Part shown: piece by piece, positions 1-36,457 of the stretch
How the letters are laid out: every line of letters begins with the position of its first letter
Position numbering within the stretch: the stretch's first letter is position 1
Source: Chrysomallon squamiferum
Taxonomy: Eukaryota; Animalia; Mollusca
DNA length: 64,000 nt
Direction of reading: 5' to 3'
NCBI GenBank assembly: GCA_012295275.1
Contig: CM022669.1
Coordinates: forward strand, 17,484,001 to 17,548,000
Made by a program: the position numbers and the translations under genes
The notes under the pieces: generated by a model
Databases searched by the model: none
Told to the model about the DNA's origin: nothing
What the model saw: the letters and a program-made list of their open reading frames with translations, nothing else

Positions 1-267
1 AAAAAAATAAAAAAAATAAATAAATAAATAAATAAATAAAAATACTACTAATAATAAGGCAGAAAACCCCAAAAGAAACCAGGAAAATAGGTTCATTATG
101 TTGGTCATCACTGTTTTTATTCTATATCTGAAGCTAAATAAAAAATAAATAAAAATAAGAATAAATGTGTTATAATTTAAAAAAATAAATTATCTGAAAG
201 TGAACTATGCTAGATCCAGTTCAACTGACATGTAATTGGTACTCTGCATCAAATTTTTCTATTTCAG

Positions 268-23292
<23,025 letters not shown>

Positions 23293-25559
23293 GGAGATAC
23301 TGCATGAAGGTAAATATATTTGGTCTCAGTATATAATGAGAGAGGTCATTTTAGTCTTTAATTTGCTGGAGTGCTAAGTCAAGACGTTTGCTACAAAGTT
23401 TGTTACTCTGAGTTTTCAGATTTTTGCTGCCAACTGAGCAAGTATAAAATGGAAAATGTAGACACTGTATGGTAATTGTCTAGTGAAAATAACCAGAAAA
23501 GAATGTGGGTTTTTTCTCTGTTTTTTTCCTTTTTCTTGATATGGTAATGAAATGACCGTTGGTTTAAATTTGTTATGTCACATGGCTGGTTTAAGAAACT
23601 CAAAATATTGATATTGCAAGAAGTGTTCTTTTATTTGTTTATTCAGTAAAGCTACTTTAAGAAAAAAAGAAATAGAAATTAATGAGATCAAACAGATGTG
23701 AATTATATGTTAATTGCTTTTGCACTAACATGAACATTATACTGCAGAGAGAAATGTGAGAGGAAGTAATGTTATAGGAATTGGTGTTTCTTAATGTCTT
23801 TTGTTAGATTTACTGTGGTCATGCACTAGTATTAAAAGTAAACAATACATTTTAGAAGATATTAAAATAAATTAAAATGACATTTAGATGTATGGAATTG
23901 ACATATTCAAATCCTGAAAACAGTAGTGCATTATTTTTAATGTATGTGAAAAAGGTTAACATAGAACAGTAATATGAAATTTCCTAGCTGCATTTTTCAC
24001 TGTCATTGATATTCAGTGAAAGTCAGATGATATGATAGGTGTACACTTTCCAAACTGTTTTGAAATATAAGGAAAAATATTCATTAACATAAAAATTGGA
24101 TTCTTATGCCTAATCTATTAACTTTTTTTTATTATTATTATTATTTTTTTTTTATGTGGATTTGTAATTGCCAGTTTTTTTTTAAATGTTTACAGAAGAC
24201 ATTATTATATTTTACATGAAGCTATGATATTATTACACTAATACAAAAGATGTATTTGATAATATATAGAGAATTAATTCCCCGAAAAGGCTTATATAAT
24301 ATCCAGTTTCCCGACTAGATTAATTCATTTTGTATTTCTGTACAGTTGACTCATTACCAAATTAAGATTTATGAAGCAGATTCATTTTGAACAGACAATT
24401 TATTTTATGAGTAATTTAGCAGTAGGAGAATTCAAAGACTGTAAATGTGATTAATTGCAGAAAAGAATCAGTATTTTTATTTCATCTGTATTGCAGCATT
24501 CAGAACTTAGTTTCAATTTATTCATCTGAAGCAGGTATTGATTATCAAATGAAGGTTCATGATGTTTTTTTAATCTTTATTTTTATCTGCATGTATTTAA
24601 TGACTAGGAAAAAACCCTCTTTTTTGATAAATGTTAATGAATTTCTTGAAATACTGGCAAATTTAATATTTTAATAATATAGCATGCCTAATTCTATTTC
24701 ATTTTATCATATATAATCTGTTACAATTTTTTAATCTCAGTGATTCTGATTTTTGGGGTGACTGTTTAATGGTTCTGTCACTAAGATTTCTGCTTATATT
24801 ATAAAATTAATAAATAATAATAACTTAATCCATCTACTGAAAATAATCAGTATAAACATCTTTCTAACCTGTAAATAAGTTTAATATACATTACTACAAA
24901 AGAAGAACAACAAACATGATGAAAATAACTAATTCCTTAGAAATACTTAATTTCACACCATGTTAAAATATATTTTAATTTAGAATTAGCTAATTTTCCA
25001 AATTTTTCTCATTACTCAAGTGACATCATCAGTAGGTTTAACTTAATTTCTTTATGTCAGTCATTAAATACATAGTGAAGCTTTGTAAAGTGAATGTCTT
25101 CTTTTTGTTTAATAGACCACATGTATTAGCACACATTTATTATATAATCTTTGTGAATAGTTTTCATATGTAAGACGTTAGAGAATATAAATGCATAAAA
25201 CTAGTTTATAAAGGTTGATATATTATTATGTTTGCCTAATATCTAGCTGTTTTTAGTTACTTGTACAGGTACCACTGTCAACTTTGTAAAATTCTAAATA
25301 AGTTATATATGTACTGCACTTATTTTATAACATTAAAATATTTAAATCTAAGCAAGTTTTGTCATTGTCATTATTGTATTTTGAGTGAGTGTTACAAGAT
25401 GCTAAAGGAGGTTCTGTTCTTTTTATTATTATTTTCTTAAAATTTAAACTATTTTACTTATTCATTTTTTTGCTTTAATGATTTTTCCTCATTCACAGTT
25501 TACTATAAATATTCATTGCATCAGTTCCATGTAATACAATCTGCTAATTTTTTTATTGT

Positions 25560-25875
25560 CCACATTTGTATAATGACAGTGGTTGGGACAAGAAGCACAT
25601 ATTATGAAGCCACATGCAAATTACTGAAGCCTAATCTTACTAATAAATATCACAAACATTTCAATATAGTGTATAATGACAGTCATTGTAAACAGAATAA
25701 TGAATATGTCGAAACTTTACAAAAATATTTTTGTATATTCTTGATTTAGTAGTTTCAAGTTTGAATGCAGTTTTCACACATGTATACAACACAGTGGCAC
25801 AAGAAGCCCATATTATGAAGCCATTACTGAAGCCTAACCTTACTAATAAATGTCACAAACATTTCAAGATAGTGA
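25560..25875. repeat. Direct repeat of about 110 bp, two copies
   Basis: ACAAGAAGC.CATATTATGAAGCCA...TTACTGAAGCCTAA.CTTACTAATAAAT.TCACAAACATTTCAA.ATAGTG at about 25588 and 25799. Confidence 0.85.
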
Positions 25876-26369
25876 TTAAAAAAAAGAAAAGAAAAGAAAA
25901 AAAAGGCTTTTTTTACCCATTATAATCTGTTTTGGTTTAATGTGCTAATTCAATAGCAAAATTCCTAAATATTTTCAGTTATGATTGACTCTGTGATTCT
26001 GACATTCACACACACGCAACCCTAGCCCTCTTATTCTTATTTGCTTAATATATATTTCTCACTCTACCTGGACATGTAGCTTATACAGCTGATTTTTGGT
26101 GTGGGTCGATACATGGATAGTAACAATAACAATTCAAACTGTTTGTTTGAACAGAAAGTGCAGTGATTGGTATCTTGTCCATTGCCAAGGGTGATGGTCT
26201 TGCCCTTTTTGATAACCATATATTAGTCAATTTTATTGGCAAAAGAAGGGGAAATTATTCTTTGACGCAAAAAGGGAGACACATTTGGTTTCATTTGCTA
26301 GGTAGAGGATGATAAATAAAAATATGAATTTTAGTAAATTCATTACAAATACAATCAAATGGATCTAAT

Positions 26370-26373
<4 letters not shown>

Positions 26374-26416
<43 letters not shown>
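26374..26416. repeat. (TG)n microsatellite
   Basis: Perfect TG run. Confidence 0.95.
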
Positions 26417-26419
<3 letters not shown>

Positions 26420-27063
26420 ATATTATTCAACGGTCAGAAATTAAAACAGCAGATAAATGAAAATTAAAAAAATGAAATGTGTAATAATTTTGGATCGAAA
26501 AAAATAAATAAAAAATGCAATCAACATATGAGATAAAATCATTTTTAAAAATCCTACACAATTAAACGAAAGCAAAATGTGCAGAAAACTACATATATAA
26601 AGAATATTTTTCCGAAAGAAAGAAATCTTATTATTTTACATCACATATAGTTTATTCACAAAACATCATTTAATTACGTTCTACATATGGTTCTTAACCA
26701 TACTGAGAGAGAAAGAGAAAAATCACTGCCCCGATAGTCTATTTTTCGCATTAGATGCAAAGGCTTATTTTAATATCCTTCCCCTGTATTCGTCAATGAA
26801 AAAGTGACCAGGAAACAGCAAACAAGAAGAACAAATACAAATAAAACAAGAGAACCTAATCTAATTAAAATATCCATCACCGTGAAAGCAATGACAATTT
26901 AGAAGCAAAGAAATAAAACTAGCTCGTTAATACTGAAATTCTGGTGTTATTTTAATTCTTTGTCTTGTTATAATGACCTGATCTTAATATTCACAGGTTT
27001 TTCTGTATCAACAGGTAACTGCGTGACCTAAATTTTAGTCATGTGATATGGTATCTATTGACA

Positions 27064-28017
27064 TTAATAACATTGTTTTGGTAAATAAATTGTTCGAATT
27101 GTTGTCATCCCAATTTTCAGAGTCTCACGAATAAATTTTGAATGAGTTGTTCTATGACGGAAGACAAAAGGGAAAAAATCGTACAACTGACTGCAAGCAA
27201 CGGAAACAGTCTTTTGTTGTTTGATATTTTTATGCATGTAAGTCACGGTTACGCACTGGTTAACATTATAAAATGTAGTTACCAGTTTTTCTCTTCTACA
27301 AGGTACGGGGGCATATCGGTTTTCAAAAAACCGTAACTGAATCGGATATATGATATCCTTTGTGTACACGAACCTTTTTACGCAGCTATGGGAACCGAAA
27401 ATATGAGTGGAATTTTCCTTGAAGAAAAATATGTCTATGAACGGAAATTTGTAGTTCTTCCGAACTCCTTCAGGAAGATCATTCATGTAAAACTTCCACG
27501 TGCTGTCATAAGCCGAATGTACACGATATCCAGGGACGCTTCCAAAAATCCTTTTAAATTTGTCTAAATCTGATGTTACAACGACGACATCGATGTCGTC
27601 ATCCCACGGGGTAATTCCATGATGTCTGTAAGATCCTAAGAGAGATCCGTCCCACAAAAAGCAAGTCAAGTTAGCTTTGCGACAAGTCTCCATGAATTTA
27701 TCGTAGGTAAGAAGCAACATCACTTGATCTTTCAGAGAGACTATGGGGAAGAACTCTCTGAGTTCTGTCTCGTTTATCAAGATTTCTTTGTTTGGAAGAT
27801 ACCAAGCGCCCATTATTCGGTGATCTTTCGTGAACGGAACCGTTTCATAATTTCCTTGTTTATCAACTGTTAGAGAATCTTTTCTCTGAGAATTGTCGAC
27901 ACTGTGATGGATAACGTTCAGGACATTGCCAAAATTAACGTAATGAAAGTAAATGAATATAACCACGAGTAGAAATACTAAAGTTCCACCCGTTGTGAAG
28001 AAGTTAGCTTTACGCAT
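27064..28017 (-). CDS. LicD/fukutin-family phosphotransferase, type II membrane protein, copy 1 (class A)
   Basis: 317-aa ORF with short basic N-tail and hydrophobic anchor. Motif FLWDGSLLGSYRHHGITPWDDDID and downstream PFIDIFF match the LicD/FKRP nucleotidyltransferase-fold signature. Confidence 0.9.
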   Translation of the reverse strand: MRKANFFTTGGTLVFLLVVIFIYFHYVNFGNVLNVIHHSVDNSQRKDSLTVDKQGNYETVPFTKDHRIMGAWYLPNKEILINETELREFFPIVSLKDQVMLLLTYDKFMETCRKANLTCFLWDGSLLGSYRHHGITPWDDDIDVVVVTSDLDKFKRIFGSVPGYRVHSAYDSTWKFYMNDLPEGVRKNYKFPFIDIFFFKENSTHIFGSHSCVKRFVYTKDIIYPIQLRFFENRYAPVPCRREKLVTTFYNVNQCVTVTYMHKNIKQQKTVSVACSQLYDFFPFVFRHRTTHSKFIRETLKIGMTTIRTIYLPKQCY

Positions 28018-29943
28018 TTTTAATATATATTCTATTTCTCACTGAAATAAAATTGAAATATTTGTGAATTTTGTTGTTAATTTACAAACAAACACATATG
28101 CTATCGATGTATATTGTAAATGGAAGCATCCACAGTTCTGTATCCAGCTACATCTTTTAGAAGTCCGATGTGATGTGTCTAAATAAAACAAAATAAAATA
28201 ATATAAAACTTTTCCCCCATTCTTTTAACCATTTCAGAGAGACTTTTAACCATTTCACTGTTTAAATGAAAATTATTAACAGGTACATTAAAATTGATTT
28301 TATAAATGATATTTAGGTTGTTATAATTACAATCAGCAAATTATGCCGCTGATTTTCTTAACGAAATTATTGATGATATAAATTGTTCTTGATGACTTTG
28401 ATGATTCACTAAATTATAAACACTCAGACTATTAGATACTCACTCTCCAAGTGAAGCTATGTCCCAGAACTGTGAACAGCTAATAATTGAAGTTTTGCAA
28501 ATCTGTTCACGTTACACTTGAAATCTGGTATTAAGAACACGCCAAGTTTCTACACCATCTGTTTCGCGTCTTTTATTTTGTTTAATTCAGCCCAATTCAA
28601 GATACAAGGTTATACATATTCTAATGGTCATGCAACACGTGTGATGCACTTCATCAATACTTAGGAAATTTTACATCAGCTAGAGATAATCTACTCAACA
28701 TTAAGCTTCAGTTCTATAGATTTGACATAGATTTGGCACAGAGGTATAATACATCGAAAAGGTATGAATCGACAGACAAAGTTTGTAATGAAAATTGAAA
28801 TACATGTCGGTTTTGGCTTCAAACGCCTACATCGAATAGACGAAAATAAACTGCAATGAACTGTGACGTCTAATATCTAAAAAAAAATAATCAAAAAAAA
28901 AAAAACATAAAAAACTCCGAACAACAACAAAATATTTTGAAACTTTCAAAAAAGTAGATGATTAAAAACGGATATTCTTATTCATTGGTCAAATTTTCAA
29001 GTTCATATCTCTTGGCGTTTTTACATAAAACTAAAATCAAAATTAGATATCGAAACTCTTTTTATTTGTAAAATTCAATATTAAATCTATTAAACTTACA
29101 AACCTTTAATAAAGTAAAGTATTATGGTGAACTAATTAAAACATGTAATAATAAACAGTAAAATAATAATAATAATACAAAAAAATCACAAATAAAAAAA
29201 AAAAAAAATACTATTAGTAGGAACCAGTGAAACTTTTTTCTCTCTCTTGTTTTTACAATACGTTTTTCAGTGAAAACAATAAAAAAAAAAAATAACATAC
29301 TGCTGTAGTTGCAGAAAAAATATTTTATTTAACAAAAGACGCAGAGCATTTTATTAAAAATACATACTTATCCTCCAGGTGACACTATTTTCTGGCGCTT
29401 TTGACAACAATTCGTTGAGGTTTTCCAGATACTGAAAAGGTTATGTTTGTTACGAAATATTTTTTTCACAATTTACCAAATTTATTTTCTTAACGTGTAT
29501 TTATTACTACCACACGCTATGCGTAAACTAAGAAGAGAAGAATTTTAAGAAAAGAAGGTACAACGAATATATACTAAACGATACTGCGACAATGAAATAG
29601 AAAACATTGCTAACACGTTGGCCTATTTATTTTTATAATCAGCATTATTTACTTTTATAGCCCCCTTTTATGTACAAAACCTCCCATAACATGACTAATC
29701 CATTTGTATTGTTATGTAAAAAAAAAAAAAAAAAAAAAAAAAATGTAAGAAAAAAAAGGAAAGAAAAGAAAAGAAAAAAGAAAAATACAAAGAGGACTAC
29801 GAAATCTAACAAAAGTACCCATCACCTTGGACGCGATGGTCGTTTAAAAAGAATAAAATAACAAACTCGCCAACATAGACGTTTTAATTATAATGACCTG
29901 TTCCGAATATTATAGTTCCTACGGTGTTAGTCAGTAGCTTACT

Positions 29944-30897
29944 TTAATAACATTGTTTAGGTAGAGAAATTGTTCTCAGTGTTGTCTTCCCAATTTTCAG
30001 AGTTTCTCGCTTGTATCCTGTACGAGCTTCGTTCTCACGGAACACAAAAGGGAAGAAATCGTACAACTGGCTGCAATCAACAGAAACACTTTTTTGACCT
30101 TTGTTCTCTTTATGCAGATAACCCATGGTTACACACTTCTTTACGTTATAAAACGTAGTTAGTAGTTTTTCTCTTCTACAAGGTACTGGGGCATATCGGT
30201 TTTCAAAAAGACGTAACTGAAGCGGGTATATGATATCCTTTGTATATACAAACTTTTTCACGCATCTATGAGAACCAAAAATATGAGTGGAATTTTCCTT
30301 GAAGAAAAATATATCCATGAATGGAAATTTATAGCTCACCCCTATTCCAGAAGGGAGATCTTTCATGTAAAACTTCCAGGTGCTGTCATGTTCCGAATGT
30401 ACACTATAACCAGGAACACTTCCAAAAATCCTTTTTATTTTGTCCAAATCTGATGTTACGATGACGACATCGAGGTCGTCATCCCAGGGGATAATTCCAT
30501 GATGACGGTAAGATCCTAAGATAGATCCGGCCCACAAGAAACAAGTGAGGTTAGCTTTGCGACAAGTCTCCATGAATTTGTCAAAAGTCAGAACCATCAG
30601 GACCTGGTCCTTTGGTGAGAGTATAGGGAAGAACTCTCTAAGCAAACTATTGTTCATCAAGCGGTCTTTATTAGGAAGATACCAAGCGCCCATTATTTGC
30701 TGATCTTTCGCAAATGGAATCTTTACATAATTTCCTTGTTCATCAATGGATGGAGAATCTTTTCTCTGAGAAAGGCTCATATTATGTTGGATAACATTAA
30801 AGATATTAACATACTTATAGTGTTGGAAATACAGGTATCCAATTAAATATAATAATGCGAACATTCCACCAATTACGAAAAAATTTGCTCTTCCCAT
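29944..30897 (-). CDS. LicD/fukutin-family phosphotransferase, copy 2 (class B)
   Basis: 317-aa ORF; WAGSILGSYRHHGIIPWDDDLD, PFMDIFF; N-terminal TM segment. Confidence 0.9.
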   Translation of the reverse strand: MGRANFFVIGGMFALLYLIGYLYFQHYKYVNIFNVIQHNMSLSQRKDSPSIDEQGNYVKIPFAKDQQIMGAWYLPNKDRLMNNSLLREFFPILSPKDQVLMVLTFDKFMETCRKANLTCFLWAGSILGSYRHHGIIPWDDDLDVVIVTSDLDKIKRIFGSVPGYSVHSEHDSTWKFYMKDLPSGIGVSYKFPFMDIFFFKENSTHIFGSHRCVKKFVYTKDIIYPLQLRLFENRYAPVPCRREKLLTTFYNVKKCVTMGYLHKENKGQKSVSVDCSQLYDFFPFVFRENEARTGYKRETLKIGKTTLRTISLPKQCY

Positions 30898-31022
30898 TTT
30901 TATAGTTCTGATACTTTGAAATGAAATAAAACTGACGTTTCCTCGAATTACTGTTTAACGACAGAGAAAGAGAAACAATTTATTATGTCGAATATGTTTG
31001 TCGCGGCTCTATAATGCGATAC

Positions 31023-31222
31023 CTAAATAAACAGAAATAAATACAAATACATCAGTCAGTCAAACAAACACATCTGCATTTTAAAATAACAATAAATTTA
31101 AGTAAATTCCGTAAACGTCTGTGTTACCTTAATTATAACTTTTCCGCCACTGTCATAGATACAGTATAGGACCGACCCTTCAGCAGTGACTGGATATAGC
31201 TTGCATATAACAGCCAATCGTT
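31023..31222 (-). promoter_or_regulatory. 5' UTR intron (31023-31127) and CCAAT-containing upstream module of copy 2
   Basis: Minus strand AAG|GTAACA donor and pyrimidine tract-TTTAG acceptor; GCCAATC near 31213. Confidence 0.5.
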
Positions 31223-32319
31223 GCAAGTCAGGTTGTCCTCATTTGTTTAAGAAGGCCAAGTCATTCAAAGTGTGTATCCACATATATTCAGCTTCACAAA
31301 CAGATGGTAGAATCAATATATTTTCGTGATTAAAAACAAAAGATAAAATATATTTTTTTTAACCGATTTAGATAAGTTCATTCTTATATTGTTTTACAGT
31401 TTAAATCACTAGGTGATTGTGATCTTGAGATATTTTAATGTAACATGTGTTTGATTGAACTGATATTATTTATAAAATGTCACGTACTAAAGTAAAATCA
31501 CAGATATACAGTTGTATAAAATTTAGGATTGCACAGAAATGCATATATTTTCGATACCAGTACAGTGCAAACGAGAATTTCTTAATTTAAAAAATGTCAA
31601 ATATTTCTATTATAAAGTGTGTTTATTTATCTCATAGTTCAAGTAAAATATCACTTTCTGTTTTTTTGTAAATTTAAATATGTCTTTAGGTTACTGATTT
31701 ATATGTGCCTGTGATTATCAGTACATTTCTTAATGACGCATACTAGAAAAATGCATTCAAAGAATCATTCATACGCGTTTTTTGAATGCTCATGTAATGT
31801 ATATGCGAATATCAAGTCACAACATGATTATTACTTATTTTTTTTTATAACTCTGAATATATGCTATTGTGTTGTTTTTTTTAATACACTTTTATTATTA
31901 TTATTATTATTATTACGTGTGTATTAGTACAGTTACAACAGTGCACGTATACCTTTCAGATCCAATCATTTTAATTTTGTTTACCTGTTAAAGTCAGTAT
32001 CGATTATTTGACAAGAAGTGTACGAATCTTGATAGTAGCTGCAAAGTGTACGCTTGAATAAGAGATTAATAAGAATCGCAGACGAATAATAAAAATTTGA
32101 TCAAACTTTTCACTGGTCTGTCGTAAGAACGTGTTAGGTCCCTCAGACTCTTTGAATGAATGAATGAATGAATGAGGATCTTTGTACCAAAGATTATAAA
32201 ACGAACGAAATATATAAAGCATGGAAAAAATAATAAATATATTTTGCAGTGGTATTCATGTATCTAGCTGCTATGCTTTGCTGCATTCTCAAATGACTTA
32301 TACGTATTTGTTCTGCTTT

Positions 32320-32403
32320 GGAGGTGACTGTCCTAGGAGGTAGTTGTCCAGTGCAGTGACTGTCCGGGGCTAGTTGTCTCGAGGGTCAGTTCTCCTGATA
32401 CCG
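32320..32403. mobile_element. Probable terminal region of a non-autonomous DNA transposon with about 15 bp subrepeats
   Basis: GC-rich island of GGxxxTAGTTGTCC/GTGACTGTCC units ending in TCCTGATACCG. It resembles subrepeat-bearing TIRs; no partner end was found. Confidence 0.35.
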
Positions 32404-33542
32404 CACGCACTATTTGTTTCAAAATGTAATAATAATTAGAAAATATATAATTGAGGCTAAGATTAAACACTAGTCATTAACATATTTATCTGTTGAGTTC
32501 TAGGAAAGAGGCAGTTTAATATATACACTTCGATAGTTGGTTTACCCGACCTCGTTAATTTCAGAAACAAAACCTGGGAAGAGCGCTGCCTGCCATCTAT
32601 CAGAGACTAACTGTACTACTATCCTTGGGTAATCACGCCAGGAAGTTCAAAACAAAGAAAGCGTATGTTTTTAACAAGTTTTATTTTTTTATTTATTTTA
32701 TTATTCCATACTAAAAATACCAAGAGATGACAAGTGTTTTTATTTTCAAAATACTATAGATATTATAATGACGTTATCTATTGTAATACAGAGTCTGAGG
32801 AAGTGGCTTCCAGCGTAGGTTCTTTTCATAGCATATTAATATTCTCCAGGTGGTATAACAAGGTGTGTATCTTTAAATAGCTGTTATAATATGTGAGTAG
32901 CATAACGTGTTTCTAAATTGTCATTATACCTCCTCTGTGGTTGCTGAAGCTCGGCAATTATTAAATTAGCTTTTTCTTCACGAAAACAGTTAAGCAAGGA
33001 CCTAGACTAATAGCTATAACTATTTTGCTATGAAGCACATTTTGCTGAAGCTACCAAAGCCGGTAGTAGCTGGGGTTCAACGCGACTGTTAAATCAACAA
33101 AGCTTCAAATGTAAGTCGGACAAATGGATCTTGAAGTAGACTGAACAACCATTAACTCAAAACCAGACTTCAGTTGTGCACGTTTTGCATAGTTTCCATG
33201 ATATGAGTAATGTCAAGGGCTGACCTGGGTTTGGCCTGTTTTTCAAAGTTTTGCTCCCTTTTAACATGCACAACAGGGTGGTACATTTTCTAACATTTAT
33301 TATTATTTATACAATTACCTCTTACACTTAGATAAATGACAATATATTCTAGTGTATCTTTGCATCTTTCTTCTTAAACAGAAATAGGCCTAAAGGTGCA
33401 TCAACTAACCCACATAGGAATGTTGATAAACTCACTTGAACCATATTTTTTTTTATCAATTATCTGTTAGTGTCATACCTCATGAGTAAATTCAGGTTAG
33501 ACGATCGAAAGAGAACAAATATAATGAAAAATGAAAATTTAA

Positions 33543-33546
33543 CAAC

Positions 33547-33607
<61 letters not shown>

Positions 33608-33640
33608 GCAGCAACAACAACAACAACAACAATAATAATA
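33543..33640. repeat. (AAT)n/(AAC)n microsatellite
   Basis: Trinucleotide runs. Confidence 0.9.
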
Positions 33641-34374
33641 ATGAGATATAGATAATAGTAAATCAACTCTGCCTCTACACGAATATGTTGAATAATGAGA
33701 GATTTTTAGATTACAAGGATAATACCCTTTCTATTTACATCCGTCTGCAAATGAAATACTGAAAATAAAATAAATCAGTATCGATACACTTTTGTGTATG
33801 TCACGCTAACGCCTAACGCTAGCATACATTCAGACACACATACGTGACTGTAATAAGGTTTGTGCGTGTATAAATGAAAGCAATATAGACTTAATAAAAA
33901 AAAAATTGTGTTTTCTAACTGAGGTGTAGACACATTTGTAGACACTCACGTACGCTATTTCAACACTAATTTTTTCCCACAGACGTTATCGTTAACATTA
34001 ATACGGTTTACTTGCTGTAGAATTTTTATTTTAAATATTAAAAACAGGAGCATATGTAGATTCAGTTATGAATATATTTCAGTATCATTACCAACCAGTT
34101 AAAAGTAATTAAAAAAATACAGTTTAGGAAATACAAGACTGCAGTGAAGCATCGACCGTTTAACAACTGCCACTGGAACAGATTCTGTTGTAGTCTTCTT
34201 GTTTTTACACTACTCTACTTCATACATAAACACTACTAACAACAAATAAGAAATCGCTGTATTTCCAGTTATATTATTATTTTTATTATCAGAAATGTTT
34301 TTTGTTTTTTTATTATTAAAGTACCTATGTGAAAGTACATTTTCACAGCATTTTGGTAAACAAATACCTCCAGA

Positions 34375-34376
<2 letters not shown>

Positions 34377-34424
<48 letters not shown>

Positions 34425-34462
34425 ATAATAATAAAAAAAAATGAAGAATTAAATTGAGAGAG

Positions 34463-34541
<79 letters not shown>

Positions 34542-34724
34542 CAAAGAGAGATAAAAATTAATAAAAATTATAACAGAAAATAAACTTAAAATAATTTAAA
34601 AAATAAATAAAATTAAAACAAATAAATATATATACATAAAAAGAAGAACAAATACAGTCAACAGTTCATAACCTAAATAACTGTAAAATAAATAAAATAA
34701 AATAAAATAAAATAAATAATTTAA

Positions 34725-34755
<31 letters not shown>

Positions 34756-34954
34756 TAAATAAATAAATAATGTAAAAAATAAAATAAAATTAATAATAAT
34801 AATAATAATAATAAGTAAAACAAAACTTTAAATTAATAAATATATATAAACAAGAACAAATACAATCAAGACTCAATAACCTAAATAACTGTAAAAATTA
34901 AAAATAAAATAAAATGAATAATGAAATAAAAGAAAATAAATTAAAATTAATAAT

Positions 34955-34997
<43 letters not shown>

Positions 34998-35100
34998 TAA
35001 AAAATAAAGTAAAAGAGAAAATAAAATTAATAATAATAATAACATGTAAAAAAAAAAAAAATTTAAAAAATGAAATAAATTAAAAATAAATAAATAACTA
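34377..35100. repeat. Poly-A, (AG)n and A-rich low-complexity block downstream of class A copy
   Basis: Poly-A 34377-34423, (AG)n 34467-34538, recurring AAGAACAAATACA.TCAA.A.T.CATAA.CTAA sub-units. Homologous blocks at 48820-50250 and 61800-62970. Confidence 0.85.
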
Positions 35101-35332
35101 TAAATGACAACAAATGATGTCATGAATCCATAATCTAACTTACTGTCCATCACCATTGAAACAACAAATAATGAAATTCTTTAATACAAAATTTCGTTCC
35201 ATGACTTATTATATTAAAACGTTCTGAATATCAGAGTTCTTCAGTTAATAAAACCCGACTATATCATCTCCTCTTTTTAACACATAATACAGTATAATAT
35301 TTAGAGACAAATAAACTGCTTATCTTTAAACG

Positions 35333-36274
35333 TTAATAACATTGTTTAGGTAGAATTGTCGTTCTAAGTGTTGTGCTTCCAATTTTTAGAGTCTCTCTAA
35401 TAAATTTTGAATGAGTTGTTCTATGACGGAAGACAAAAGGGAAAAAATCGTACAACTGACTACAAGGAACGGAAACAGTCTTTTGTTGTTTGATATTTTT
35501 ATGCATGTAAGTCACGGTTACGCACTGGTTAACATTATAAAATGTAGTTACCAGTTTTTCTCTTCTACAAGGTACGGGGAAGTATCTGTTTTCAAAAAAA
35601 CGTAACTGAATCGGATATATGATGTCCTTTGTGTACACAAACTTTTTCACGCAGCTATGGGAACCGAAAATATGAGTGGAATTTTCCTTGAAGAAAAATA
35701 TGTCTATGAATGGAAATTTGTAGTTCTTCCGAACTCCTTCAGGAAGATCATTCATGTAAAACTTCCACGTGCTGTCATCTTCCGAATATACACGATATCC
35801 AGGGACGCTTCCAAAAATCCTTTTAAATTTGTCTAAATCTGATGTTACAACGACCACATCGATGTCGTCATCCCACGGGGTAATTCCATGATGACGGTAC
35901 GATCCTAAGAGAGATCCGTCCCACAAAAAGCAAGTCAAGTTAGCTTTGCGACAAGTCTCCATGAATTTATCAAAAGTAAGAAGCAACATCACTTGATCTT
36001 TCAGAGAGACTATGGGGAAGAACTCTCTGAGTTCTGTCTCGTTTATCAAGATTTCTTTGTTTGGAAGATACCAAGAGCCCATTGTTTGATTATCTGTCGA
36101 GAAAGGAGTCTTTACATCATTTCCTCTTGGAGAATCGTTTCTCTGAGAATGACTGATACTGGGTTGGATAACATTCAGGATATCAACATAGTTAACGTGT
36201 TGGAAATAGAGGTATCCAGTTAGATATAATAATACAGATATTCCACCAAATATGAATAAACTTGCTTTTCCCAT
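35333..36274 (-). CDS. LicD/fukutin-family phosphotransferase, copy 3 (class A)
   Basis: 313-aa ORF; WDGSLLGSYRHHGITPWDDDID; N-terminal TM segment. Confidence 0.9.
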   Translation of the reverse strand: MGKASLFIFGGISVLLYLTGYLYFQHVNYVDILNVIQPSISHSQRNDSPRGNDVKTPFSTDNQTMGSWYLPNKEILINETELREFFPIVSLKDQVMLLLTFDKFMETCRKANLTCFLWDGSLLGSYRHHGITPWDDDIDVVVVTSDLDKFKRIFGSVPGYRVYSEDDSTWKFYMNDLPEGVRKNYKFPFIDIFFFKENSTHIFGSHSCVKKFVYTKDIIYPIQLRFFENRYFPVPCRREKLVTTFYNVNQCVTVTYMHKNIKQQKTVSVPCSQLYDFFPFVFRHRTTHSKFIRETLKIGSTTLRTTILPKQCY

Positions 36275-36457
36275 TTTTTTTTTGTAGTTCTGATACTTTG
36301 ATATGAAATAAAACTGAAGATTCCTCGAATTATTGTGTGATAATAGAGAAACAGAAACAGGTATTCTCTCGAAGATAATTGTGAAATATGTGAAAATATC
36401 AGTTATTTCTGTCGCGGCTCTTATTGCGATACCTGGTCGATGTCCTGTGTGATATTT

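Noticed and set aside
23293-27063. Functional link between fibrillin and the LicD array, and the exact fibrillin poly(A) site
   Set aside because: Tail-to-tail adjacency alone is not evidence, and there are too many AATAAA/ATTAAA words to choose among.
27142-27336. Recurrent plus-strand ORFs inside LicD copies (also 39624-39860, 53400-53636 and others)
   Set aside because: Antisense shadows that recur only because the genes are duplicated.
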